A stretch of 64,000 bases of DNA from the human T2T-CHM13v2.0 reference genome, Homo sapiens. Shown one piece after another: positions 52,479-64,000 of the stretch; positions within the stretch are counted from its first letter, which is position 1; the number at the start of each line of letters is the position of its first letter. The notes under the pieces are model-generated. The model saw only the letters and a list, made by a program, of their open reading frames with translations, searched no databases and was not told the DNA's origin. Position numbers and translations under genes: made by a program. Location of the stretch: NCBI RefSeq assembly GCF_009914755.1, contig NC_060942.1; one strand, 5' to 3'.

Positions 52479-55400
52479 CCTAATAGCACTTATACTTTTC
52501 TAAATTGCAGAATTATACTTCTAAGTATAATTAATTCAGGGGTTACTGGATATAGTGTTCCTGATTGAATTGAGAAAACAAGTAATTTAAATCAACTGAA
52601 ACAATGTTGAAAATGCAATAACCTAAAATATCCTGAGCAGAAATCTAACTATTTCTAAAATACAGTGAGAGTAATATCTTCCATTGTCATCACGAAAATT
52701 ATCTTCTTTTTCTTTCATAACACTTTCTTGTTCCACTCTTATTATTTCTGAGTCAGAAAGGTGCCAGAAATGTTTATTCAAAATATAAGTTTTCATTTTT
52801 AAATTTGAATGTTTATATTTAGGTAAAAGCCTGACTTTCCTGTCCCAAAATAATTATTTATATAATATTGACATTTACTCCATGTATTCCAATAACCTTG
52901 ATAATTTTAAAAGACAAAATTGTATGACTAAATTGACAATAGATTTTTAAGATTTATTAATATATTATAAGAGAAAAGACAAGACCAGTAACAAACATAG
53001 CATACCTTCTCAAGAAAGTATTGTTGGTATTAAAATAACAAAGAATGGTAATTCTTCACCAAGTTGATAGTTTAAACTGCTTTGAGATGGCATGGGAAGG
53101 AAGTTATTAAGCTATGATTCAGAGGACACCAGGGACCTTCAGGGCAGTGTGACCATAGACTTAAGTTATGATTCATGAGAATATGTACACATTGTGAATT
53201 TATTGAAATTTTAAAGAACTGCATCTTTAATTTAATAAAATTTTAAAGATCTGCTTAAATGTAATGAAAAATGGTTATATGGTTTTTAACTGTGAGCCAA
53301 AAAGATTAAATTTGGCATTTTGAGATTTATTTCAACACATTGTGCTATAAATATTGGGTTTTATTACTTTTTTACAGCATAAGCCTCAAAGAGACACCCA
53401 AATATATTTTTAGTTTCTCATACATTTAATAAGAACCTATTCAAACTTTTTAAATAATAAATTTGGCTCCTATAAGTATGAATCATGACATTAAAAACTG
53501 GTAAAATAGAAGAAACAAATGGCACATGAGAACTGCTATATCACTTCACAAAGAATATAATTTTAAAAAATTATTCAAGTCTCATTTCTAAAATTTGTTC
53601 CCTCCTTAATTACAAAGCTCTTGATGCATTAGTTCAGGTCTTTCATATGCAAAAAAATAGCTGACCTGAGAAAATACTTTTCAGCAGAAAGGATAAACTA
53701 ATATTTTAATAAATATTGGTTTACTTACTATTCAGTTGTAAAGATTTCGTTTAACTTGGCAACATATTCATTACTTTTTCATTTTATTTTGACAATTAAA
53801 ATGGTGCAACTGAAAACTGAAGTTTTATTTCAACACTACAGACAGACTCAATCTGGCAATTTTCACCAGATGTTTGAGTATATGCTATAACATATAAGAC
53901 AGTGTAAGCATTCATAAAATACTATTTATCATGCAAATTTAGTATAAAAAATCCTCTTTTGCTAGCTAATGTTTGTTATTAAATAAATATGTTTGGAATA
54001 ATTTATTTAAATATCAACAGAATTTATTGTTGAAGAAAATATTCTGATTATCAAGACAATTTATAAATATGTATTCAAGATGTTTGAGATGTTTTAACTT
54101 ATGTTTTGATACTAAAGAAACTAATTTCATCAAGTCTGTAACTACTGTATAAAGACATTGAGAGCGTGTTTTCATATAAGTATTCTCCCTGATATTATGG
54201 TCTGTTTATTCAAATCTATTGAAACATTCCTTCTAATTATGATACTAAGTTTTACATTGTTACAGAATTTTCCTTGGTGTCCTGTATTTAAAAAACACCA
54301 CCTTGCTATTCTTAAATGTGCAGCTGACTATTTCAGAGTGTAATGGGCCCAGTGATAATTATTTTTAGACAAAATTATTATTGTACAAAAAAAATTAGCA
54401 AGATGCTATTTGGAAAAGTGTTCAGGGTATTAATATGATGCACATCATCTAACAGGCATGTAAAAATCATATTTAGCAATAGACTGACAATTTGCTTGAT
54501 TGTATTAGTTAGAAATCCCTATGTGAGTGAAAATAAAATTTCCTAAAATTCAGCCTGTTTTTTTATTATCAAGCTAAATAATAATAATTGTGAAAAAGTG
54601 CAGATTCTGTACTATTTATTTTCCAACTGAAATAACCAGGGAATTGCATCTACTAGGGGAGAGAGTGGTATTAATCTTTATTTGTATCAATAATTGATTT
54701 TGTTTGCATCAGTAGTTAATCATAGCAATTTGGTGGGCCAAGTCATTTGTTAAGTAAAATTTTTCATATCACAGTGGCGTCATTGTATGTTAATTATTTA
54801 TTTATATTTGATTACATTTATTTTGTTTGTTAATAGCCATATAATGATAACTCAACAATGATAATATGCTCTTCGATACAACAAAAGACTCTTCAGTTCT
54901 ATTTAGGGAAAACAGGGTAGGGCATTCAGTTTACTGTAAAATCACAACTTTATTATCAAAACAAAGAAAATGTTAAAAATCGAGGACATAAAAATGACCA
55001 CCATATGCATATTTTGTTATGAAATTCTGTTCTTTCTTCTATAATTTTGGAAAAATAACAAATTTAAAAAAGGGATCAAGTTTGTCTTGAGTTTTGAAGA
55101 GAGTGGAGTGTTTAATATATATTTGTGCATCTATAAATAGAAATATTCTACATTTAAATGTTAAACTGATAGTAAAACATACCAGAAACATTCCAAGGAA
55201 GAATATAAAAAGGATATTACCATACCTCATATTTTTAAAAGTTATTATTATGACTCTGACCAATAAAATAAACATGAAATGAATGCTGTAATTTGGGAAA
55301 AGAAAATTAATTTTTTTATTTGAAAACATTTTAAATACAGACTCAAAAATTTTAACGGGCTTAATTGAGAAATTACTATGTATAGAAAGTTCAGTAAATC

Positions 55401-55779
55401 TTCTAAGTACAAGATAAATGCTAAAGAAACCTACTTATAATCCTAGATAGAAAGGCTGAATCTTGTAAAGATGTAGTTTTCTAAATTAATTTTAATGTAT
55501 CACAAGTCACCAAGTGTATGCGATACACATAAGGGAAAAAAGCTAATATTAGTAACGAAACCCAGAAAGGTTTCTGGGATATATCAGAGATGAATTAAGT
55601 TAAGAAGATATTTAGAATAAACTAGAAATTCTCTGTCCTTGACAAATAATAAGACAATAAAATTTTACTACTAACATTATTAAGATAATTATCTTTAGCA
55701 TATCAATTATTACAATATATGAGAATTGGCAAATGAGACTGATCACTGGAATATACTTTGAATAAAATTACTTAGAAGA

Positions 55780-56380
55780 GCCATTTGTAAATACCCAGTG
55801 AGTAGTACACAGTATAAGAGCAGCAATTACAAATATAGATGTCTACAGGGGCACTTATTCATATATGCACAAGAGGATATTATAGGACTGTTTACAATAT
55901 TTAGAAGAGTTAACAGCATCTGAGAAACCATTATCCAGTCTTACTAGGGACTATATAAACAAACTGGCTTATTATTTAGTAAAAAATAAATTATGCAACA
56001 TTAAAAATAAATGAATTTGTTCTATATGTAATATTGTGCATGAATTTCAGAAATCCAATATTAAATAATGAAAACCGATATACAACATGATATTTTAATG
56101 CAAATGTTGAAACCCACAAAGCAATAATGTATGTTACATGGATATATATGTTGGTAATAAAAGTTTTTTTAAAAAATCATATACATGAAATATACCAATT
56201 TCAGAAAAGAATTACATGTAAGATTTAAAAAGGGAACATGTTACATCTGTAACAATTTATTTCTTAAAAATAATCTCTGAAACAGAAATGAAGCTTAATA
56301 AGTGTGCTTAATTTGATCATACATGCTTAGATGGTTACCTCTTAAAATTTCTTCAGGAGTGAAAACTTTTATAAATAAAC
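55780..56380 (+). mobile_element. Ancient L1ME-type 3' region
   Basis: atatgcacaagagga..., ataaacaaactgg, aaaaataaatgaa...ctatatgta, atacaacatgata, atggatatatatg motifs. Confidence 0.5.
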
Positions 56381-56839
56381 ACATTTTTATTTAAACATTT
56401 TCTCACATTGGTTCCAAAAGTAACATTAAAGAAACAAGTTCAGTTTAAATTCAGTTTAACTGAAGCATAAAGTTTACTGGAAGGCTATTTAGTGCCTCAT
56501 AAAATTAACAAGAAGGCCAGAAGTGTGTTCACAGAATCGCAGGAAGCAAGACCAAGACGCACTCACAGAATTCACTGGATATAACCGTCCTAGAATAGAC
56601 CCTGCTGTTTCCAGCTCCTCTACCCATGGGTGTTCCTATTCCTTGCCCATGTCATACCCATCAAGGGGCAGAGCAAGGAATTGTTGCCCATTTTTTACCA
56701 CCATAGTGACAGATGAGAGTTTCTCCTACCTGTCTTTGGAAAGTTTTTTCAGGCATTGAAAAGGCAAAATAAGAATTGCCCTCAACAAAAGCCTTGCTCA
56801 AGTTAAATAATAAAAGAAGACTTAAAAGATTAAGACATT

Positions 56840-57100
56840 GGGTCACGCCTGTAATCCCAGCACTTTGGGAGGCTGAGCTGGGCGGATCACCTGAGGTTAG
56901 GAGTTTGAGACCAGCCTGGCTAACTTGGTGAAACCACGTTTCTACTAAAAACACAAAAAGCCAGGCGTGGTGGTGGGTGCCTGTAATCCCAGCTACTCGG
57001 TAGTCTCAGGCAGAACTGGGAGACAGAGGTTGCAGTGAGCCAAGATAATGCCATTGCACTCTAGCTTGGGCAACAAGAGCAAAACTCCGTCTAAAAAAAA
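56840..57100 (+). mobile_element. AluSq-like, with short 5' and internal deletions
   Basis: ggatcacctgagg; gggcaacaagagcaaaactcc; imperfect TSD aaaagattaagacat/aaaagaataaagacat. Confidence 0.92.
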
Positions 57101-57204
57101 AAGAATAAAGACATGCTCGGTAGATATGAACAAAGATTCGGCAGAAGTGGCAATGCTAAGATCAATTAGGACATGGTGTGAATACATTGTGTGTACTACT
57201 TTGT

Positions 57205-57450
57205 AAGAGAAGCAATCTAGCACAATAGTTGAAAGGAGCTGCAATTCCCGTGTTGAACCCTGACTGCCATTTCTCAGATTATTACCACCGGTGAGTTGCT
57301 TACCCTAATTTTGCTTCCGCACTTTTAGCTACAAAATGGCATTAAAGATAGTACCTATCTCAAGGTTATTGTAAAGTTTAAAATATTTAATAATAAAAAA
57401 ATTTTGAAAAGTCCTTGGCATCTAATATATATTCCAAAATAATTAATTAT
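57205..57450 (+). mobile_element. MIR
   Basis: ttgaaccctgactgcca...aaaatgg...atagtacctatctcaaggttattgtaaag...cttggcatctaata. Confidence 0.65.
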
Positions 57451-57900
57451 TACATATGTTTCTAAAAGCTAAAACTATATTACTGATAAGAATTTTAGCG
57501 TACAAAGAAAATGACATAAACATATTTCTGGTAGAAGTGCATCTTTACCCCTATTACCTGGAGCACAATTTCTCAATAAGTACCAAAAGCCTTTTAAATT
57601 CACCTGTGCTTTGTTTGACTTCATAATTAAACTTTTTGGAATTGATCCTTGGAATTTGCTATGAAAAATGAACAACACGTATGTTCAAGAACACCTGTTT
57701 TTATTATTTATACTTTCAAATTAAAAATATTAATATGATTAAAAAGGCATAAACCCCGAAAGATATATACAAGGAGACAAATTAATAATTTGAAAACTGA
57801 AAAGCAGATGGACAAGTTGTAATTTTCTCAACAAGCGAGGAAAAGCTGAAACCTATGCTTTCAGGAAAGTAACTCAACAAGAAGAAATTTGATTTCCATC

Positions 57901-58293
57901 TGCTCTGGTTTGGATCTGTGTCCCCACCTACATCTCATGTCGTTTTGTCATCCCCAGTATCGGATGTAGGGCCTCGTGGGAGGTGATTGTCCAGGGCAGT
58001 TGCTCATGAATGGTGTAGCACTATCCTTTTATTGCTACTCCCATGGTTGTTTAAAAGTGTGTGGAACCTCTCCCCATTCATTCTGCCTCCTGCTCTGGTC
58101 ATATAAGATGTGACTGCTTCCCCTTTGCCTTCCTCCACGATTGAAAGTTTCCTAAGACCTCCAGAAGCCAAGCAGATGCCAGCACCATGCTTCCTGAACA
58201 GCCGGCAGAACCATGAGCCAATTACAACGCTTTTCTTTGTAAATCATCCACTCTCAGGTATTTCTTCATAGCAATGTGAGAACAGACTATACA
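57901..58293 (+). mobile_element. MSTA solo LTR (MaLR)
   Basis: tgctctggtttggatctgtgtccccacc ... agaagccaagcagatgcc...gaaccatgagccaatt...agcaatgtgagaacagactataca; near TSD ccatc/ccacc. Confidence 0.92.
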
Positions 58294-58937
58294 CCACCTG
58301 TGTTCCTGCGAAAGCCTCCAGAATTGAAGATACCTACCAGGGAAGGGAGAGGGAAAGGACTAAAAATGAAAGGACTAGGAAAAAAAATTCCAAAGAAAAG
58401 ATAAATTTGCAGATTCCTTCCCTCCTTTCTGCTCCTCTTACTGCCTAGAATAAGCTATGCTCTAGAGAAGTTATTTATTGTGTTCTCTGGCCTTAGAGAG
58501 AGTAGACACCATTGAAGATATGTGTGTAAGAGTGTGTGTGTGAGTGTGTGTGTGTGAGAGAGAGATAGTGAAAATACAGGAACTAGGTAAAATTTATATG
58601 GAAAAGTTATGTTCCTATTTCCTGCATATGATTTTTAGAATACTAATGGCCAAATTATGTGTTCTGTAGGAGAAAGGAGACTTCTTGGGGCTGAAGGGTG
58701 CAGGTGCAGGAAGATCATGACCTGCACAAGAGAAAATCCCACCAATCGCCCTAATGCATTGCTCACAAGTGAACAGGCACCACACATATAGACAAAGTTC
58801 CGAGTTAGCTTTAAAATGTCCTCATCTTACATGTGAGTAAATAGCCAAAACTGAGGGGATGCTTGACGGAAGTACCTAATGTGAAGGACAATCAAGCTGA
58901 AGAAAGATCATAGAAGAAACAGAACATTGAAAAGACC

Positions 58938-59377
58938 TGAGCAGGTGCGAATATGTTTGTGCTCACTAACACAAAGATCAGATAATCAAACCAGATGCAG
59001 ATGAATCCGAGAGTTTATCGAATCTTATTTACTAATAATTTCCGACTAACAACGAGACTCACAAGCAAGCTAGGAGGCCTAGGACATTGAGTGTGGCTCC
59101 GTAGGTCTTTTCTCCTCACATCCCACCTGTGCTTTCAAGCCCGGATTCAAAGATGAGGTCTCTAATCATGTGTGCAATCACCTCGTGTGAAAGGGAGCAT
59201 TCTATTTTATGAAATCTTCATTTCCATCTACATAAGCTTATAGCTTACATGTCATTTTCCAAGGAGCCTTGTCCTATAAAACCATAGACGCTAGTTTGTT
59301 TACCATAACCAGTCCAATAAAGGGGCCATCCTGCTAACACAATTCCATAGACAACAACTGCGCCTCTGCTATTATCA
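58938..59377. mobile_element. Candidate solo LTR, family unassigned
   Basis: ~440-bp block richer in GC and CpG than its flanks, possible TG..CA ends, TATAAAA and AATAAA motifs; no TSD recognised. Confidence 0.35.
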
Positions 59378-61239
59378 ATAGCTTGCTGTTTATTAGTAAG
59401 TTTGCAAGAAGATTAGAGAAGGCCACTTTTGTTTCCCCCCTCTTCCCTCACGTCATAAAGGAAGAAAAATTGATTGCAGGCAAATGAGGGCATGATAGAC
59501 ATATATGTGTACAACTAAAAACAAATCATTGTGCCATTATGGGATAAACTAATATTTTTGAGATTGAAAAAACTTAGTATTTTTTGAAAAGTGGTTTATT
59601 TGGGTAGATTATTATACATAACATAATAAATATGTCATATAACTCGTAATGAAATTTGTTTTGTTTTTTTCTTAACTTTAAAAAGTTGAATATTATTTCT
59701 GTCATCCGCATGTCTTTCTTTTTGTTCTTTGATACGTGTATCTCATAAATTAAATGTTTTATATTGTGCATAAGGGAATAATAGGTAAAAAAACATGAAT
59801 CCTTACATAATCTAAGAACAAATGCAGAACATTAATAAAGATATTCAATGCTATACAATCTTAATATTATAATTACTTAGTCTGATTTTTTTAAAAATTG
59901 CTAGTTTATATCTTCTTGAAAAGTAATCCATACATGTGTTTTGAGTTGCAATGTGTCATCCCTAGCAATAAAATCACTTTTATCCCACATCGCACATACT
60001 AAATGAAACTTGTCTTATATTAGCCAATTGTTTTAATATGTTATTTTTTTTAAATATTGATTTTAAGCAGAATTGAGAGATAGAATTATTTAATTCTATT
60101 CTACACAAAGCCTGATTTCTGCTGTGTCCTTTGTCAGATTCCACTTGAAGAATAACTAAACTGATGGCAGATGATCTTTATTCAAGTAACCTTGATGACA
60201 TTTTTCATCGTCATAGCAGGCATTCTCTTCCTTTCTGTTGGGATAAGACAATACATTTTCCTTCACCTTCATTATCCTCTTCTTTGAAGAAAAGTAATTT
60301 ATACTATTCCCTTCGACAATGCATCAGGAATAGTGACAAGAAAAACTCAACCATGTAAAGAAGGGAAAAATAGAGCTCCATCTTATTGTGACACAGTAAC
60401 GTTAGCCTCATTCATTGCATTTCATCTCATGGATTTGGTTATGCCGTTACGGGCTGAGTGGTCAAAACATTTAGTACTTGCTTGACACACAGAGCTTGGC
60501 ACATCACTTGGCACAACATATTAGTTGTTATTAGAAAGTGTTTTTTAAAAAGGACAGCAGTATTAACTACTGATATAGTTAGCCGAGCAAACAAGATTTT
60601 AAGAGAAAATTATTTTGAAATCTTTTAGTATACAATTTGAAAGAGATTTCTTGTGGTAATTGTAACTCGTTATGTTCAGAAAGGCTGGTTTAGAGGGGGT
60701 GTGTGTTGAGAAAATAATGTTCTTTTATTTTAACCTGGTTCATTTTATTAAGACCTAGAAAAGCATGGCTAAGTCAAAGGTTATACTAAACAAATTCCAA
60801 ATATTTTGGCCATTTATTTTTATTTAAGCAACCCAGAAATTTCCTTCAAATTGTTAAGACATGAGCCAAGGGAGAAAAATGCAAGCAACTAGCTAAAATA
60901 TCATATTTCCTGTAGTTTTGTGACTAGGGTAGCCAAATGTCAGCCTTTTAAAAATTAGTCACTGAGACATCCAACAGGGGAAAGAATGCCATACCATGTG
61001 GGAGAAGACATGACTTCAGCCATCTTTCTCCATGTCCTACATGCTGCTAACCCTCCAAGAATAGTGCAAGCAAGTGGCTGGGAAATATATAATACTATTT
61101 TACATAATTCAAAGGCAAATGCTGGAAATTCTGGCTTATAGCTTTTTAGATATCTGCCAGTCAGAAACAATTAAAGGTTTTAAACTTTCCTTGAACATTT
61201 TTAAAAGACAAGAAATCTACATCAGATCTCACTATTCCC

Positions 61240-61499
61240 ACTTGAGTCCAGGAATTCAAGACCATCCTGGGCACCATGGCAAAATCCCATCTCTACAAAG
61301 TAAAAAAAAAAAAAAAAAAAAAAAATAGTCAGGCATAGTGACATGTGCTGGTAGCTCCAGCTACTCAGAAGGCTAAGATGGAGGATAACCTCAGTGTGGA
61401 AGGTTGAGGCTGCAGTGAGCCAAGCGGTGATTGCATCACTGCACTCCAGCCTGGGTGACAGAGTGAGAACCCTGTTTCAAATTAAACAAATAAATAAAT
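61240..61499 (+). mobile_element. 5'-truncated AluJ with expanded middle A tract
   Basis: cttgagtccaggaattcaagacc...A24...gttgaggctgcagtgagcc...gcactccagcctgggtgacagagtgag. Confidence 0.92.
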
Positions 61500-61859
61500 C
61501 AATATTTCCAACCAGTTTAAGATGCTTCAGCATAAAATGATTAAATGGACAAGAAAATAACAGAATAGTCTTAATGGTTTTTGTTCGTTTTGAAACAAAT
61601 ATTAAAAATTTGTGGTATGTTTTACAATGTTGGGAAAATAGACCAACGTTGATAATTGGCCAGTCAGATGGATAATTCCTTCCAGTCAAAATTGTTTTAG
61701 TTTTGTTTTGATTTATTATTTTAATGCACATTAAATTTTAAGTTTCTATATTTGGAAAATCCTTATATTTGAGTTGCTTTGTGTATTTGAAATAATGTGT
61801 CAATTGTAATTTTTTAAATATTAGGTTTGTTTTTTTCCCACTTGGCAGATTCACTAAAC

Positions 61860-62578
61860 ATCCACAGGATATCAACATGGCGCGATGGGGCTGTTGTATG
61901 GTGAACAATACCAATATCTATTCTAGCCTCCTCACTGGATCTTTTATCCCTTTTAGGAAACAGTAATCAAAACACAGATCTAAAATTCACAACTGTAGTA
62001 AATTCTACAGAGGGAAATAGAAGTGTTCCAAGAAAATATAAAAGGGAAGCCCATTTATTTCATAGAACTTGAAGAACTCTTAGGATGTAGGCTTTTCTGA
62101 GAAAGGGACATTTTAGCTGACATTTGACAAATGATTAAGACAGACTAAAATGGAACAAAAAGCATTCCATGAAATGAGAAAAAAAAATTGTTCCTGCTAT
62201 AGAAAAAAAAAAAAAGCTTGCTCTACTGGAGAAGTGTAAGAGGAACATGAGGCTGTAATTTGAGTAAGATCAATAGAGTAGTTTACAATGTCAGACAAAA
62301 TTCCTATTATTCAGGGCTTGTACATTAATCAAGGATGTCTTACTTTATCCTTAGTGAAATGAGAAATCTTTATGTTGTTCAAAGAAAGACAATGACATGC
62401 TCACTTTTAGCTCCTAAATGATTTCTTGAGTTATTCGATGGAAATTTCACTGGAAGCAGACAAAGGGAGGATGGAGACTCTGTTTTGATTCATTACAATA
62501 ATTTAAGAAAGAGATATTGTTAAGTTAAACTCAAGGAGTGGCAGTGAAAGAGTAATGCATGCACATTTGAGATATATT
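61860..62578 (-). mobile_element. L2 fragment
   Basis: ggcttttctgagaaagggacattttagctga, actttatccttagtgaaatgagaa, aatgacatgctc, ggagtggcagtgaa...atttgagatatatt. Confidence 0.7.
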
Positions 62579-62654
62579 CCTCCTACTCAGGCTTTCTTTA
62601 ATCATTAAAATATTATAAAATGTACATTTTAAGAATTCATATTTTATTTCAAAA

Positions 62655-64000
62655 TTTTATTTTATTTTAAGTTCCGGGATAAATGTGCAAGACATGCAGA
62701 TTTGTTACTTAAGTAAATGTGTGCCCTGGTGGTTTGCTGAATCTATCAACCCATCACCTAGGTATTAAGCCTCACATGCATTAGCTATTTATCCTGATGC
62801 TCTCCATCCCTCTGCTCACAAGACAGGCCCCAGTTTGTGTTGTTCCCCTCTCTGTGTCCATGCGTTCTCATTGTTCAGCTCTCACTTATAAGTGTGGACA
62901 TGCGGTGTTTGGTTATTTGTTCCTGTGTCAGTTTGCTGAGGATAATGGCTTCCAGCTCCTCCAATGTTCCTGCAAAGGACATGATCTTGTTCCTTTTTGT
63001 GGCTGCATAGTATTCCATGGTGTATATGTACCACATTTTCTTTATCCAGTCTATCACTGATGGACATTTGGGTTGATTCCACATCTTTGCTATTGTGAAT
63101 AATGCTGCAATGAACATACACGTGCATGTATCTTTATAACGGAATGATTTACATTCCTTCGGGTATATACACAGTAATGGGATTGCTGGGTCAAATGGTA
63201 CTCCTGGTTCTAGGTATTTGAGGAATCACCATACTGTCTTCCACAATGGTTGAACTAATTTACGTTCCCACCAAAAGTGTAAAAGCATTCCTATTTCTCC
63301 ACAGCATTGCCAGCATCTGTTGTTTCTTGGCTTTTTAATAATTGCTGTTCAAACTGGCATGAGATGGTATCTCATTGTGGTTTTGATTTGCATTTCCCTA
63401 ATGATCAGTGATGTTGAGCTTTTTTCATGTGTTTGTTGGCCCCATAAATGTCTTCTTTTGAGAAGTGTCTGTCCATGTCCTTTGCTTGCTTTTTAATGGG
63501 GTTGTTTGTTTTTTTTCTTGTAAATTTGTTTAAGTTCCTTGTAGATTGTACATACTAGACCTTTGTCAGATGGATAGATCGCAAAATTTTTCTCCCATTC
63601 TGTAGGTTGCCTATTCACTCTGATGATAGTTTCTTTTGCCTTGCACAAGCTCTTTAGTTTAATTAGATCCCATTTGTCAATTTTTGCTTTTTTTTTTGCA
63701 ATTGCTTTTGACATTTCATCATGAAATCTTTACCCATGCCTATGTCCTGAATAGTATTGCCTAGATTTTCTTCTAGGGTTTTTATAGTTTTGGGTTTTAC
63801 ATTTAAGTCTTTAGTCCATCTTGTGTTAATTTTTGTATGAGGTGTAAGGAAGGGGTCCAGTTTCAATTTTCTGCATATGGCAACCTTTTTTTCCCAGCAC
63901 CGTTTATTAAATAGGTAATCCTTTTCCCATTGCTTGTTTTTGTCAGGTTTGTTGAAGATCAGATGGCTGTAGATGTGCAGTTCTATTTCTGTGATCCCTA
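62655..64000 (-). mobile_element. L1PA7/8-like 3' region (continues beyond the window)
   Basis: ORF2 C-terminal peptides MFIAALFTIAK..., [12 protein letters not shown]..., KLDPFLTP...; 3'UTR acctaggtattaagcc...gcattagctatttatcctgatgctctcc. Confidence 0.95.

Noticed and set aside
52511-52532. 10-bp-arm palindrome aattatactt-ct-aagtataatt
   Set aside because: Short and AT-rich; plausible by chance in 64 kb, with no supporting context.

Overview
AT-rich, CpG-poor primate genomic DNA, very probably human (it carries an AluYa5). It looks intergenic or deep-intronic. I find no host protein-coding gene, tRNA/rRNA or CRISPR array. The recognisable ORFs in the track are by-products of Alu, L1, ERV or simple repeats. 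The window is dominated by transposable elements: about 14 Alu copies or fragments, L1 fragments of many ages, MaLR LTRs (THE1A, MSTA, MLT1), MER4-/MER21-/LTR40-like LTRs, MER5/MER58 DNA elements, MIR/L2, and a 5'-truncated class III (HERV-S/HERVL18/HERVL32-like) provirus at about 40.2-43.2 kb. Family and subfamily names come from my recollection of consensus sequences, not from an alignment, and boundaries of old elements are approximate. The most notable structures are: (1) a young 27-bp minisatellite with a doubly palindromic unit that has no stop codon in any frame, directly followed by an 18-bp-arm perfect hairpin; (2) a 5'-truncated AluYa5 with a perfect 17-bp TSD; (3) a twin-primed inverted L1; (4) an apparently internally deleted L1 with inverted filler; (5) a deletion-derivative ERV; (6) four local duplications; (7) a MEIS/TGIF-motif-rich candidate enhancer. 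I cannot support a claim of a new biological system from sequence alone.
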